Below are positions 45,505 through 55,098 of a stretch of DNA of 64,000 nt, in pieces. The notes beneath the pieces are model-generated. The model ran no database searches and was not told where the DNA came from. It saw nothing but the letters and a program-made list of their open reading frames with translations. Position 1 is the first letter of the stretch; every line of letters starts with the position of its first letter. Source of the stretch: Planctomycetota bacterium (GTDB taxonomy: Bacteria; Planctomycetota; UBA11346); contig JBBQSO010000007.1 in the NCBI GenBank assembly GCA_038213805.1, positions 41,932-105,931 of the forward strand, read 5' to 3'. The translations under genes and the position numbers were made by a program.

Positions 45505-46584
45505 CTAGGAACCTGCGCGCGGCGCCGCCGTGCTGGCGCGCACCACCAGGCGCGCCGCGACCAGGCTGACCGCCGGCGCCGGCCTGCCTGCCAGCAGGTC
45601 GATGACGACGTGCACCGCAGTCGAGCCGATCTCGGCGAGAGCGTGACTGACGGTGGTCAGGGGCGGAGAGGCGGCGGCACCGAGCAGGTCGTCGAAGCCG
45701 ATCACCGACAGATCGCGCGGCACGCGCCGGCCGCGATCGCGGGACAGCTCGAGCAGAGCGATCGCGACCATGTCGTTGTGGCAGCAGACGGCGGTGACGT
45801 CATCAGGCCACGTCACCTTGGCGAGCGCTGCGCGCAGGTCGGCCAGGCCCTCATCGACGTGGCCATCGCGGTAGACCGGCTCCTGGATCGCCACTTCGCG
45901 CCCCACCAGCCGGTGCGCGCGCATCGCGGCGCGGAACGCCGCCCGGCGCTCCGGCAGACTCGTGGTCCTGCCGCGTGCGTAGCCGATCCACAGCACCGAG
46001 CGGTGACCCAGTTCCGCGAGGTGCGCGACCGCGGCGGCGATACCGGGAGCGGGATCAAGCCGGACGTCATGAGGCGAGCCGACATCGTGGCCGCCGATGG
46101 TCACCACCGGCCGGCGGCTGGCGAAGAGTGCGGCGGGCAGGGTGGGGAAGAGTTGCCGCGGCGCCACCAGCGCGTCGATGCGACCGGTCTCGAGCAGCTG
46201 CAGCGCATGGGCGACCGCATCATCGCACGAGCTGCCACCGGCCAGCAGCACGTCATAGCCATGCTGGCGCGCCGCCTGCCCGATACCGCCCAGGATCGCC
46301 CCCCAGAAATCGACGCCCAGGATGCCCTGACCACCGAATCCCGTGGTCAGACCGATGGTGAAGGAGCGCCCGGTCGCGAGCGTGCTGGCGTGATAGTTGC
46401 CGCGGTAACCGAGCGACTGCGCGGCGGCGCGCACGCGCGCCCCGCATGCGTCGCTAATGCGCAGTTCAGCCGCCCGCCCACGCAGGACGGCAGCGGCAGT
46501 GGATTTGCTGACCCTGGCGAGTGCCGCGACCTGAAGCAGGGTCGGCGCCCGGGAGCGCGGCGGCAGGGCGGTCACCGCCGCCAT
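45505..46584 (-). CDS. LacI-family transcriptional regulator
   Basis: PTLLQVAALARVSKSTAAAVL HTH; LGYRGNYHASTLATGRS hinge; HLAELGHR; CHNDMVA; VPRDLSVIGFDD; PPLTTV. Confidence 0.92.
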   Translation of the reverse strand: MAAVTALPPRSRAPTLLQVAALARVSKSTAAAVLRGRAAELRISDACGARVRAAAQSLGYRGNYHASTLATGRSFTIGLTTGFGGQGILGVDFWGAILGGIGQAARQHGYDVLLAGGSSCDDAVAHALQLLETGRIDALVAPRQLFPTLPAALFASRRPVVTIGGHDVGSPHDVRLDPAPGIAAAVAHLAELGHRSVLWIGYARGRTTSLPERRAAFRAAMRAHRLVGREVAIQEPVYRDGHVDEGLADLRAALAKVTWPDDVTAVCCHNDMVAIALLELSRDRGRRVPRDLSVIGFDDLLGAAASPPLTTVSHALAEIGSTAVHVVIDLLAGRPAPAVSLVAARLVVRASTAAPRAGS

Positions 46585-46785
46585 CCGCGGCTGCGCACGC
46601 AGGGTGACCGCCGGACTGGCCCAAGGTGGACGGATGCGACGTGGGATGCGGCCAGGGGAGACTCCAGAGGCGGTGGACCGGTCAGCCCGCGAGGGTCGCG
46701 GACCTGGATCACGAATCTGCAACCGGCCCGCTGCCGTGCAAGGTCACGGCTGGGGCGGCCGGCCGCCCGGCCAGCAGCGGGGCCC

Positions 46786-49092
46786 TCATTGGAGCTCCAT
46801 CTGCACGACGTCCTTCCGCCGGCTCTCGGGGCTGACCACGACCGTGGTCACGCGGCCGCCGCGCACCGTGGCGGCGATCACCGTGTCGTGCGCGGCGTGC
46901 AGGCGGAAGTCGACATCCCACGCCTTCGGCCACGCCGGGAAGAGCAGGATCTTGTCGCCGCGCGCCTGCATCAGCATGGACTGCAGGATGAGCTGCCCGG
47001 CGCCGCCGTTGTCCAGGTCGGGCTCCCAATCATGCGCCGGCTTCCAGAACCAGCGGAAGCGCTCGCTGCCGTAATTCATGAAGTTGGCGGCCACCTCCGT
47101 CTGCGCGCGCGCCGCCCAGCCCAGGCAGGCGGCCTGGATGCCCTGCTGACCCCAGCAGGTGCTGTCAACGAAGCGCTTGGCTTCGTAGGTGGCGCGGGCG
47201 AGCTCCAGTTCCGGCAGACCGACACCGAAGAGCCGGTAGGGATGGACGGCGTACAGTTCCGGATTCTCGCTGTTCTTCGGCGCATCGAACGACGCGGCCG
47301 GCCACAGGATGGCGGTGCCGGTTGGCGATGCCTGGTCGGACGTCACCGGCACCTTGCCAGCGGCGTCGGTGCGGCCCCGCGGCAGCGGCGGCAGGTCGGC
47401 GAGCGTGGTGCGCCAGCGCGCGCGCTGCGTCGGCGTGGTCAACCCCTCGGGCATCGCAAGCAGGCGGGTCAGCACCTGCATCAGGCCGGCGATGTCGGGC
47501 AGCGGATCAGCCGCATGCTGGCGCGTCTCGAGCGCCTCCGACGGTGCGAAGCGCAGCTTGCCGGCGACGCGCGGCCAGTGCTGGTCGAACCACAGCGTGA
47601 AGGCGTCGGCGAGCGGTAGAAGCGTGCCTGTGGCCAGCTCCGCATCATGATGCAGGTCCCAGGTGTCGAGCAACATCATCATCAGCTCAGGCCCGTTATT
47701 GAAGTGGCGACCAATGTACGGATTGGTCATCTCCGGGCCGGGATTTCCCCAGCCAAAGTCGTTGTTGGACGGCAGACCGAAGAAGAAGATGGTCTCGGGG
47801 AAGATCGCGCCGTCGTGCTTCCAGTACAGGCGCGTGCGTGCGGTCGCCAGCGGCAGCGCGGCTTTGTACATTGCGAAGAACGGTGCCAGACTGTCGAGGT
47901 CGCCGTCGGCGATCATCGGCCAATAGACCAGGCGATTGTTCTGGAACCACACGTTGCTGCCCCAGGCACGGAAATCGGGGTCCATGCGGCCCTTCTCCGG
48001 GACGTAGGGCGTTCCGGGAGCCGGCTCCTGGCCGACCGTGAAGATGCCTCCATTGAACTTCATCGGCGCCGGTCCGCGACCCTCGCACGCTGTCATCCAG
48101 CGCTGCATGATGTACCCCTGGGTGACCTCCGCCGCGTGCGCGGCGCCGCCGACCAGGATCCAGCTGCGTTCCCAGAAGCGGTTCCACCACACCTGCGTCG
48201 CGGCGCGCGCGTCTGCGGCATCGCGCGCCGCGGCCTGTGCCGCGGCCGCCTGCACGCCGCTGCGCCAGTCGTCGACGCTCTCCGCCACGTTCGCGAACGC
48301 GGTGATGTCCAGACGTAGCCCTGCCTGCGGCGTCGCAGTGGCCAGCGTGTGGGCGTCCACGACCGCCAGCCCCGGCCCGCGCGCCAGCGCGCCGACGTTG
48401 CGGTTGATCAGCGGATCGGGGTGCGCGCTCTGCAGCGCCTCGAGGTGCTGGTTGCGCAGCAGGTCGCCGTAGATGCTGCGCGCGTTGTGGTGCAGCCAGA
48501 TCAGGCTGTCCGGCGCCGCCAGCACGGTGTCGGGATCGATGGTCGGCCCGCCCGCGGGCGAGCCCTGCAGTTCGCGCAACCCCTGCCCGAGTTCGGCGTT
48601 TCCGGCGGCATCGACCAGCGGGCGCGGTGCAGTGCGCCACAATTCGAGACCGACCCGGGCCGCGCGAGGTTGCGTGTCCACCAGCTGCACGTGGATGACC
48701 GGCGCATCGACGTCGACCCACGCCTGCAGCACGGCCTGCCCGTCGCCATGGATCTCGATCACGCCGTCGCGGGTGCGCAGCACCTGCCGAAATGACGCGC
48801 CCGCGCGGAAGGGGCTCGGAGTGAAGGTCACGCGCACCCGTCCGAGCTTCAGCAGCTGGCCGTTCTCGCTCCACGCATCGGTCTTGCTGATCAGCAGCAC
48901 GACGTCGCCGTTCGCCTCGGTCCACAGGTTCATGCCCAGGTCACCGTTGCCGATCGGCATCGAGTCACGGTAGTCGGTGCCGGGGGCGTCCCAAGTCAGG
49001 GTGTACGGGTCTTCCGCGGCGCCGAGAGGCACCAGCAGGGCGCAGAGTGCGGTGAGCGCGGTGAGCAGGACGGGCATGAGGAGGTGACGCAT
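46786..49092 (-). CDS. Secreted GH95-like / DUF5703-type glycoside hydrolase, copy B
   Basis: Near-identical mature sequence to 30772-33081, with a different signal peptide. Confidence 0.75.
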   Translation of the reverse strand: MRHLLMPVLLTALTALCALLVPLGAAEDPYTLTWDAPGTDYRDSMPIGNGDLGMNLWTEANGDVVLLISKTDAWSENGQLLKLGRVRVTFTPSPFRAGASFRQVLRTRDGVIEIHGDGQAVLQAWVDVDAPVIHVQLVDTQPRAARVGLELWRTAPRPLVDAAGNAELGQGLRELQGSPAGGPTIDPDTVLAAPDSLIWLHHNARSIYGDLLRNQHLEALQSAHPDPLINRNVGALARGPGLAVVDAHTLATATPQAGLRLDITAFANVAESVDDWRSGVQAAAAQAAARDAADARAATQVWWNRFWERSWILVGGAAHAAEVTQGYIMQRWMTACEGRGPAPMKFNGGIFTVGQEPAPGTPYVPEKGRMDPDFRAWGSNVWFQNNRLVYWPMIADGDLDSLAPFFAMYKAALPLATARTRLYWKHDGAIFPETIFFFGLPSNNDFGWGNPGPEMTNPYIGRHFNNGPELMMMLLDTWDLHHDAELATGTLLPLADAFTLWFDQHWPRVAGKLRFAPSEALETRQHAADPLPDIAGLMQVLTRLLAMPEGLTTPTQRARWRTTLADLPPLPRGRTDAAGKVPVTSDQASPTGTAILWPAASFDAPKNSENPELYAVHPYRLFGVGLPELELARATYEAKRFVDSTCWGQQGIQAACLGWAARAQTEVAANFMNYGSERFRWFWKPAHDWEPDLDNGGAGQLILQSMLMQARGDKILLFPAWPKAWDVDFRLHAAHDTVIAATVRGGRVTTVVVSPESRRKDVVQMELQ

Positions 49093-49146
49093 AGAGCTTC
49101 CTTGGGTAACCGTGTCGCTGCCGACGCGCTGCGCGAGCGCGCGTTC

Positions 49147-50064
49147 CTACTTGACTGTCTTCAGCTCGGCCAGGCGCTTCTCGTATTGGGCCAGTTTATC
49201 TTCGCCAGCGGGATACTGCACGTCGAGGGCGACATCCGGCCGTTGGGCCGCGAACGCCTGCTGGTCTGCCGCGCCGATGTAGGCCCAGGCGAGTTTGAGC
49301 TTCTTTAGCGACGGGATGGCGGCGAGGTGCGCGAGGCCATCGGCGTAGGGCAGTACCATGTCGTGGATCTCGACCTCGCGCAGCGCCTTCATCCCACTGA
49401 AGGCGGCGAAGTCGTGCGCCGTGTACGCCTGTGGATCCCAGTTGGGGGTGATCTCCAGGCGTTCGAGGTGCGCGAGACCGGCGATCAGCGGGAAGCTGGC
49501 GCGCGTGATGCGGACGTGGCCGAGGCGCAGGTCCTTCAGCTGCTTCAACCGGGCGATCACGGCGACGCCTTCGTCGCCGATGATGCAACCGCCAAATTCG
49601 ATGGTCGTCAGGCTGCCGCAGCCCGTGAAGGCGGACAGTCCGCTACCGGTCAGCGTCTGCGAGTGGTGGAAGCCGAGGTACTGCAGCTCGGGCAGCGTGG
49701 CGGCCGCGGCCAGACCGGCATCCGTCACCGCGCAGCCGTTGAGGAAGATGCGCCGCAGCGAGGGGATCTTCGCGAGGCGCGCGAACTCCGCGTCGCCGAA
49801 CTTCTCGCCGCCCGAAGAGAAGGCGCGCAGATCGGGCAGCGTCCCGAGCGCCTGACAGGTGGCCTCCGTCATCAGCTCCGGCGACTTGACCTCGACCTCC
49901 CAGCCGCCCGCGGTGGGATGCACCGTGATGCCCGCGGCCGTCAGCTGCGCGACCTGCTGCGGCTCGGCTGCCCCGGCGCCGCAGCCCAGGGCCACCGCGG
50001 CGCACAGGAGCAGGATGGGTGCGATCGTGCGAACGATGGACAGGACGGGGATGCGCGGGGACAT
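49147..50064 (-). CDS. Exported leucine-rich repeat protein (PVC-type)
   Basis: Repeats such as LRRIFLNGCAVTDAGL, LQYLGFHHSQTLTGSGL, LKDLRLGHVRIT; signal peptide. Confidence 0.75.
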   Translation of the reverse strand: MSPRIPVLSIVRTIAPILLLCAAVALGCGAGAAEPQQVAQLTAAGITVHPTAGGWEVEVKSPELMTEATCQALGTLPDLRAFSSGGEKFGDAEFARLAKIPSLRRIFLNGCAVTDAGLAAAATLPELQYLGFHHSQTLTGSGLSAFTGCGSLTTIEFGGCIIGDEGVAVIARLKQLKDLRLGHVRITRASFPLIAGLAHLERLEITPNWDPQAYTAHDFAAFSGMKALREVEIHDMVLPYADGLAHLAAIPSLKKLKLAWAYIGAADQQAFAAQRPDVALDVQYPAGEDKLAQYEKRLAELKTVK

Positions 50065-50114
50065 GGGATGACCTCGTTGGGGAGACGGAGCGGGTGCGTT
50101 CCAGAAGAGACCGC

Positions 50115-51464
50115 TCACGCGAGTTCCTTGACCGGGCCGGTCGCCACGCCGCCCTGGAAATTCACAGGCACGGGCATGCCGATGCGGTCCACCACGGTAC
50201 GCCACACGTTGGCGACCGGCATGTCCTTCTTGACCAGGTGGCCCTGGTGCTTGATGCCGAGGCCGGCGCCACCGCAGAGTATCAGCGGCAGCTGATTAGC
50301 GTCGTGCGCGCCGAAGCCGCCGTTGGTGGTGGCCCACGCGGCCACGGTGTGGTCGAGCACTGTGCCAGCACCCTCCTTCACACCTTTCAGGCGGCCTAGG
50401 AAATACGCCCACTCCTCCATGTACATGGGGTCGATCTTGCGCCAGAAGGCGATCTTGTCCTCCTGTTCGTCGTGGTGGGTGATCGAGTGCAGGTCCCACT
50501 TGCTGCCGCTGGTGTAGGCGTAGCAGTGCGCCTCGTCGCCCTCGCTGCGCGGGATGTGACTGACCACGCGCGTGCTGTCGGTCTGGAAGGCCAGCGCGAT
50601 GACGTCGAACATCAGCCGGGTATAATCACGGTAGCCCCGCCCATCACTGGCGACGCGGTCGCGCGGGGCGCCCTGGCCGAAGTCGGGCCTGGTCACGGTC
50701 GGCTTTGGGCGGTCGGCCCACGCGGCGTCGACTTTGATGCGGGCCTCCAAATCTCGGATGGCGGTGAAGTACTGATCCAGGCGATCGCGATCGGCGGCGC
50801 CGAGGCGGCCCTGCAGGCGTTTCGCCTGGTCTTTGATCGAATCAAGCAGGCTGGCGCGCTCCGCCTGGGCCTGTTTTGCCGCTGCGATCGAAGTGGCGTC
50901 CTCGGCGGCGAAGAGGCGTTCGAACAGCACCTCAGGGCGGTTCTCCGGGGTCATCGGCGTGTGATTCATGCTCCACGACAGCGTAGACGGGAAGGGGCCG
51001 CCGAAGCCGGTCTCACGCACCATGCCCAGCACCAGCGAAGGATGGCGCGTCGCGCTGCCGTGGAAGCTGGCGAGTTGCTGATCGACCGACGGCAGTGTCT
51101 GGGCATTGCGGATCGTGTTGACGCCCGTCAGCAGGCAGCTGCACGACCCGTGGCCGCCGCTGTATGAAGTCAGGCCTGTCAGCACCGTGCAATCGTCCTT
51201 GAAGGGGGCGAGCGGCTGCAGCGTGGGCGTCAGCGTATAACCGCGGCCCTGATCGACGGGGGTGAAGGCGCGGATCTCCAGACCCAAGCCCCAGTAGGTG
51301 AACATCGCACGGCGCGGGATCTCGTGCGCGGCCATCGAACCTGCGGTGGTGACGTCCTCGGCGTTCGCGCTCATCACCTCAAGCCAAGGCAGGGCCAGCG
51401 CCGTGCCGAGACCCTTGAGGAAGGTGCGACGCGGCAGCCGCCAGCTGGAGGTGCGATTACGCAT
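50115..51464 (-). CDS. DUF1552-family protein (Tat signal)
   Basis: LPRRTFLKGLGTALALPWLE; SVDQ; PEVLFERLF; SLLD...DRDRLDQYFTAIRDLE; LAFQTDSTRV; EGAGTVLD; LPLILCGG. Confidence 0.9.
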   Translation of the reverse strand: MRNRTSSWRLPRRTFLKGLGTALALPWLEVMSANAEDVTTAGSMAAHEIPRRAMFTYWGLGLEIRAFTPVDQGRGYTLTPTLQPLAPFKDDCTVLTGLTSYSGGHGSCSCLLTGVNTIRNAQTLPSVDQQLASFHGSATRHPSLVLGMVRETGFGGPFPSTLSWSMNHTPMTPENRPEVLFERLFAAEDATSIAAAKQAQAERASLLDSIKDQAKRLQGRLGAADRDRLDQYFTAIRDLEARIKVDAAWADRPKPTVTRPDFGQGAPRDRVASDGRGYRDYTRLMFDVIALAFQTDSTRVVSHIPRSEGDEAHCYAYTSGSKWDLHSITHHDEQEDKIAFWRKIDPMYMEEWAYFLGRLKGVKEGAGTVLDHTVAAWATTNGGFGAHDANQLPLILCGGAGLGIKHQGHLVKKDMPVANVWRTVVDRIGMPVPVNFQGGVATGPVKELA

Positions 51465-51477
51465 GGGGGATCCTTGG

Positions 51478-54225
51478 TCAGCGGGTCTGGAAGAAGGGGC
51501 TGGCGACCGTCGCCTGGATGATCTCCTGCAGATGCAGGCCGTGCGCCTTGGCGTGCGCGACGATTTGATCCACCACGGTATGGTCGCCGTACGCGATCGG
51601 ACGCGTCAAAGCGTAGCAGAGCAGCTTCTCGGCGAAGGCCTTGAGAAAGGTCTCCTGGTGCGCCCGCAGCGCGGCCTTGAATTCCTGCACGGTCGCGAAG
51701 GCGGTGCCGTCCGGCAACTGGCCACCGATGACCAGCGCCGGCGCATTGTCATCGCCGTTCATGCCCTCGCCATTCTGTCGGTCGCGCCACTTGCCGACGG
51801 CGTCGTAATTCTCGAGAGCAAGGCCGAACGGGTCCACGCGCGTGTGGCAGCTGGCACAGTTGTCAGAGGCTCGGTGCGCGTCGAGTCGGTCGCGCACGCT
51901 CAGGGTCTTGCCCTTGATCGCTGGCAGGGCGCCGGCGTTGGGCGGCGGCGGCGGCACCTGCTGGTTCCACAGGGTGTCGAGCAGCCACGTCGCGCGTCGC
52001 ACCGGCAGGGTGCGCGTGCCATCCGCCAAGTAGGTCAGGATGCCCGTCATACCGAGCACGCCACCGCGGCGGCCGTCGGCGGGCGCGGGCACGCGACGGA
52101 ACTGCTCACCGATGACGCCAGGGATGCCGTAGTGGCGCGCGAGGCGTTCATCGACGACGATGAAATCGCTGTCCAGGATGGCGGTGATGGGCAGGTCGGC
52201 GGTCAGCAGCTGGTGGAAGAACTCCAAAGGTTCGCGCTTCGAACTGTCGCGCAGGCGGTCGTCGTACTCGCGGTACACGTCGCGGTTGGGCGCGGTGCCG
52301 TTATCGAAGTTGCGCACGCCCAACCACTGGCCCGCAAAATTGCGGGTAAACTCGCGCGCGCGCGGGTCGCCGAGCATGCGCGTGACCTGCGCGCGCAGCG
52401 CCTCGCTGCGGTGCAGCTGGCCCTTGCTGGCGAGCGCCGTCAGCACCTCATCGGGAGCGCTGCTCCACAGCAGATAGGACAGCCGGCTGGCGAGCTGCCA
52501 ATCATCGAGCGCCTGCGGGCCCGCTTTGGCCTGCGGCCGGTGCTCGGCCCCATCGGCAGCTTCGGCAGCTTCGGCGCCCAGATAGAGGAATGCCGGCGAA
52601 CACAGCACGTTCTTCACGCCGACGCGCACCGCGTCCGCCAGGACCAGGTGCCGATCCGCCTGCTGCTTCTGCACCCAAGCGACCAGTGCAGCCACTTCGA
52701 CGGGCAGGGCCGGCCGCCGGTACGCCTTGGGCAGGAAGCGCGCAAAGATCTCGCGCAGGTACTGCGCGTCGCTGCGTGTCTCGCCCGCGAACAGCAGCGT
52801 CGTCCGCCCGTGCGGCGGCCACTCGGTGATGGGCCCCTCGAAGGAGAACGTTCCCAGCCACAGCCGCGGGCGGTCCGCGACCACCAGCTTGGGGTTGAAG
52901 ACGAACATGGGTCCAGCGAAGGTGCGACGGCTCTGCAGGGCCGCGGCCAGGGCCTCCTCGGACTTGCGCTTCACGGTGGCGATCGCCTCAGCGGACTGCT
53001 TCTCCTGCTGGGCGCGCTGGATCTCCTGCGCGACCAGCACCGGCTTCCACTGCACCTCCTCATAGGCCGGGTTGACGACGGCGACGCTCTTGTCGCCGTT
53101 GTCCCAGCCGATCTCAAGCGGGTGATTCATGCCCGGCGGACCGGACTGCAGATACATCATCACCTCGTAGTCCTTCGGGGCGTCCAACGGCGCGTCGATG
53201 ACCACGGTCTTGACCACCTCGATGGGCGTTCCGAAGGCGTATTCGATCTGCAGGCGGACGTCGGACTGGGCCTCCTTGCCGCGGCCGACAAAGGCGCCGG
53301 CCTTGAAGCGCAGCCGGTACCAACCGTCGCGAGTGACGCCCTTCTGCCCCCAATCCCACGCGCAGAACGGCGAGCGCAGGTTGCCCGGGTTGCGGTAATT
53401 GCTGCCGCCCGACAAATATTCGATGCCGTCGCCCTTCACCGCCCAATCGTACACGCCATGCGCAACGTAGCGCTTCTCCTTGCCGCCATCGGTCTGATCG
53501 ACGGTAATCTCGCTCAGCGGTTCGGCGATGGTGGCGGCCACGCCCGGCGGCGGGTTGTCGTTGACGACCTTGCCCGTGGCGTCGCGGTGGCAGACACCGA
53601 TGCCGTGGATGAATTGCTTCGCCCGCGCGTCCCAGGTCAGGTGCTGGACTTCGGGCTTGGCCAGGAAGACGCCATCGTCCAGGACCAGCTCGGCGACGGC
53701 CAGGTACTGGCCGAGCTGCCCCTCGTCCATGAACAGGCCGGCGGCGCCGCGGTCGAAACCACCGACCTTCCCATCCGCGGGCAGTTCCTTCTCCACGCGC
53801 CGCGCGAAGCCCTCCTCCAAACTGAACAGGTCGCGCACGGTGTTGGCGTACTCGACGCGGTTCATGCGCCGCAGCGGCACGCGACCACCGGCGCCCATGG
53901 CCAGGTCATCGGTCTGCTTCAGCCGGCCGGCGATCCACGAAGTGACCGCGTACGAGGCCTTGGCGTCGGGGCGCGCCTTCTTCTTGGGCGGCATCTCTCC
54001 GCCGCTGATGCGGTCCATGATCTCCTTCCACTGCGCGGCGGTGTCGCCGACCGTGAAATCCGCGCTCACGGTGTCGATGCGAAAGCCCGCGCGCGCGCTA
54101 TCGGCGTCATGGCAGTCCAGGCAGTGGTCCTTCACGTAGGCGGTCACGGACGGCGGCAAGGCGGCGGGCGGCATGACCGCAGCGTGCGCACGCGTGAGCG
54201 CGCCGCCGAGCAGGAGAGCGAGCAT
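51478..54225 (-). CDS. DUF1592/DUF1587/1588/1585-type planctomycete cytochrome c protein
   Basis: CLDCH, EMPP, LRRMNRVEYANTVRDL, LASRLSYLLWSSAPD, NFAGQWL, RGGVLG, CASCH..DPFGLALENYD. The ORF extends in frame to 54597, so the start is uncertain. Confidence 0.9.
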   Translation of the reverse strand: MLALLLGGALTRAHAAVMPPAALPPSVTAYVKDHCLDCHDADSARAGFRIDTVSADFTVGDTAAQWKEIMDRISGGEMPPKKKARPDAKASYAVTSWIAGRLKQTDDLAMGAGGRVPLRRMNRVEYANTVRDLFSLEEGFARRVEKELPADGKVGGFDRGAAGLFMDEGQLGQYLAVAELVLDDGVFLAKPEVQHLTWDARAKQFIHGIGVCHRDATGKVVNDNPPPGVAATIAEPLSEITVDQTDGGKEKRYVAHGVYDWAVKGDGIEYLSGGSNYRNPGNLRSPFCAWDWGQKGVTRDGWYRLRFKAGAFVGRGKEAQSDVRLQIEYAFGTPIEVVKTVVIDAPLDAPKDYEVMMYLQSGPPGMNHPLEIGWDNGDKSVAVVNPAYEEVQWKPVLVAQEIQRAQQEKQSAEAIATVKRKSEEALAAALQSRRTFAGPMFVFNPKLVVADRPRLWLGTFSFEGPITEWPPHGRTTLLFAGETRSDAQYLREIFARFLPKAYRRPALPVEVAALVAWVQKQQADRHLVLADAVRVGVKNVLCSPAFLYLGAEAAEAADGAEHRPQAKAGPQALDDWQLASRLSYLLWSSAPDEVLTALASKGQLHRSEALRAQVTRMLGDPRAREFTRNFAGQWLGVRNFDNGTAPNRDVYREYDDRLRDSSKREPLEFFHQLLTADLPITAILDSDFIVVDERLARHYGIPGVIGEQFRRVPAPADGRRGGVLGMTGILTYLADGTRTLPVRRATWLLDTLWNQQVPPPPPNAGALPAIKGKTLSVRDRLDAHRASDNCASCHTRVDPFGLALENYDAVGKWRDRQNGEGMNGDDNAPALVIGGQLPDGTAFATVQEFKAALRAHQETFLKAFAEKLLCYALTRPIAYGDHTVVDQIVAHAKAHGLHLQEIIQATVASPFFQTR

Positions 54226-54637
54226 CAGACAAGGGAGATGCTTGCGCCCCTGGGTCGGGCCTGTCGGAGCGTTGGTGTCCTGGGCCGGATGGGCGTTCGC
54301 ACGGGACGCGTCGCTGTGCAGCCACCAGCCCCGAGGGACCGTGCCTGCTGCAGAGCGCAGCGGCACGCGCCACGGCTGCGGGGGCGCAAACGCGAGGTCG
54401 GCGCCCAGCGCTACGGCACGGCAAACCTGCGCCCAGCTGGTGCCACGACCACGTGATGTGATGACCACGTCCTGCAGCGGCGCGAACAGCGGTGGCTGGG
54501 GGCAGGCCAAGATGGCCGCCCTCTCCCCGCGGCCCTCGCGAGCGACCACGTCGGGCGGCGTCGCGGTGGCCACCTCGCGAATTGGGATGGTGGTCATGGG
54601 TGGATGTTACCTGGACTTAGCGAAGACAACGTCGAAT

Positions 54638-54655
54638 TGCAATACCGATATAGCA
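54638..54655. promoter_or_regulatory. Operator site 7
   Basis: TGCAATACCGATATAGCA, 16/18, 40 bp upstream of the ATG at 54597. Confidence 0.75.
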
Positions 54656-55098
54656 CAGTACCGTTGTCAGTTTTTCAAGTGCAATAACCCGGTACGCGAG
54701 CAACGTCCGTACAGCTGCACGCGCCGGCATCGCGCCGGAAGACTCGCCGTGGAAGCTTGTCCATTCCGACCGCTCAGATGGCAGGGCCAAGGATCGCCCA
54801 GCCCAATCCGCGCGGGCGCAGCCTAGGGCTCCGCGGAAGCGATCTGCGTTGCGAAATTGAGATCGTTCAAAAACTTGGTGTGGTAGAATTCCATCTCGAT
54901 GGAATCAAAGTCTCTATGACAATCTATGCGTGCGAGCAGTGGCCTCTGATCGACAGCAGCGAGACCAGGGGAGCAACGCGAAGGACGGAGCTGGCCATGG
55001 AGGGCCTGAGGCGTGTCGTTAGTCGGTGCAGATTCCAGTACGGAGCAGCGCGGCGATAGTGTCCGGGGCAGAATGACAATCGCCCTACGGATCCTCCG

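Noticed and set aside
54680..54697. TGCAATAACCCGGTACGC as an eighth operator
   Set aside because: Needs a gap and several mismatches; too weak to support.
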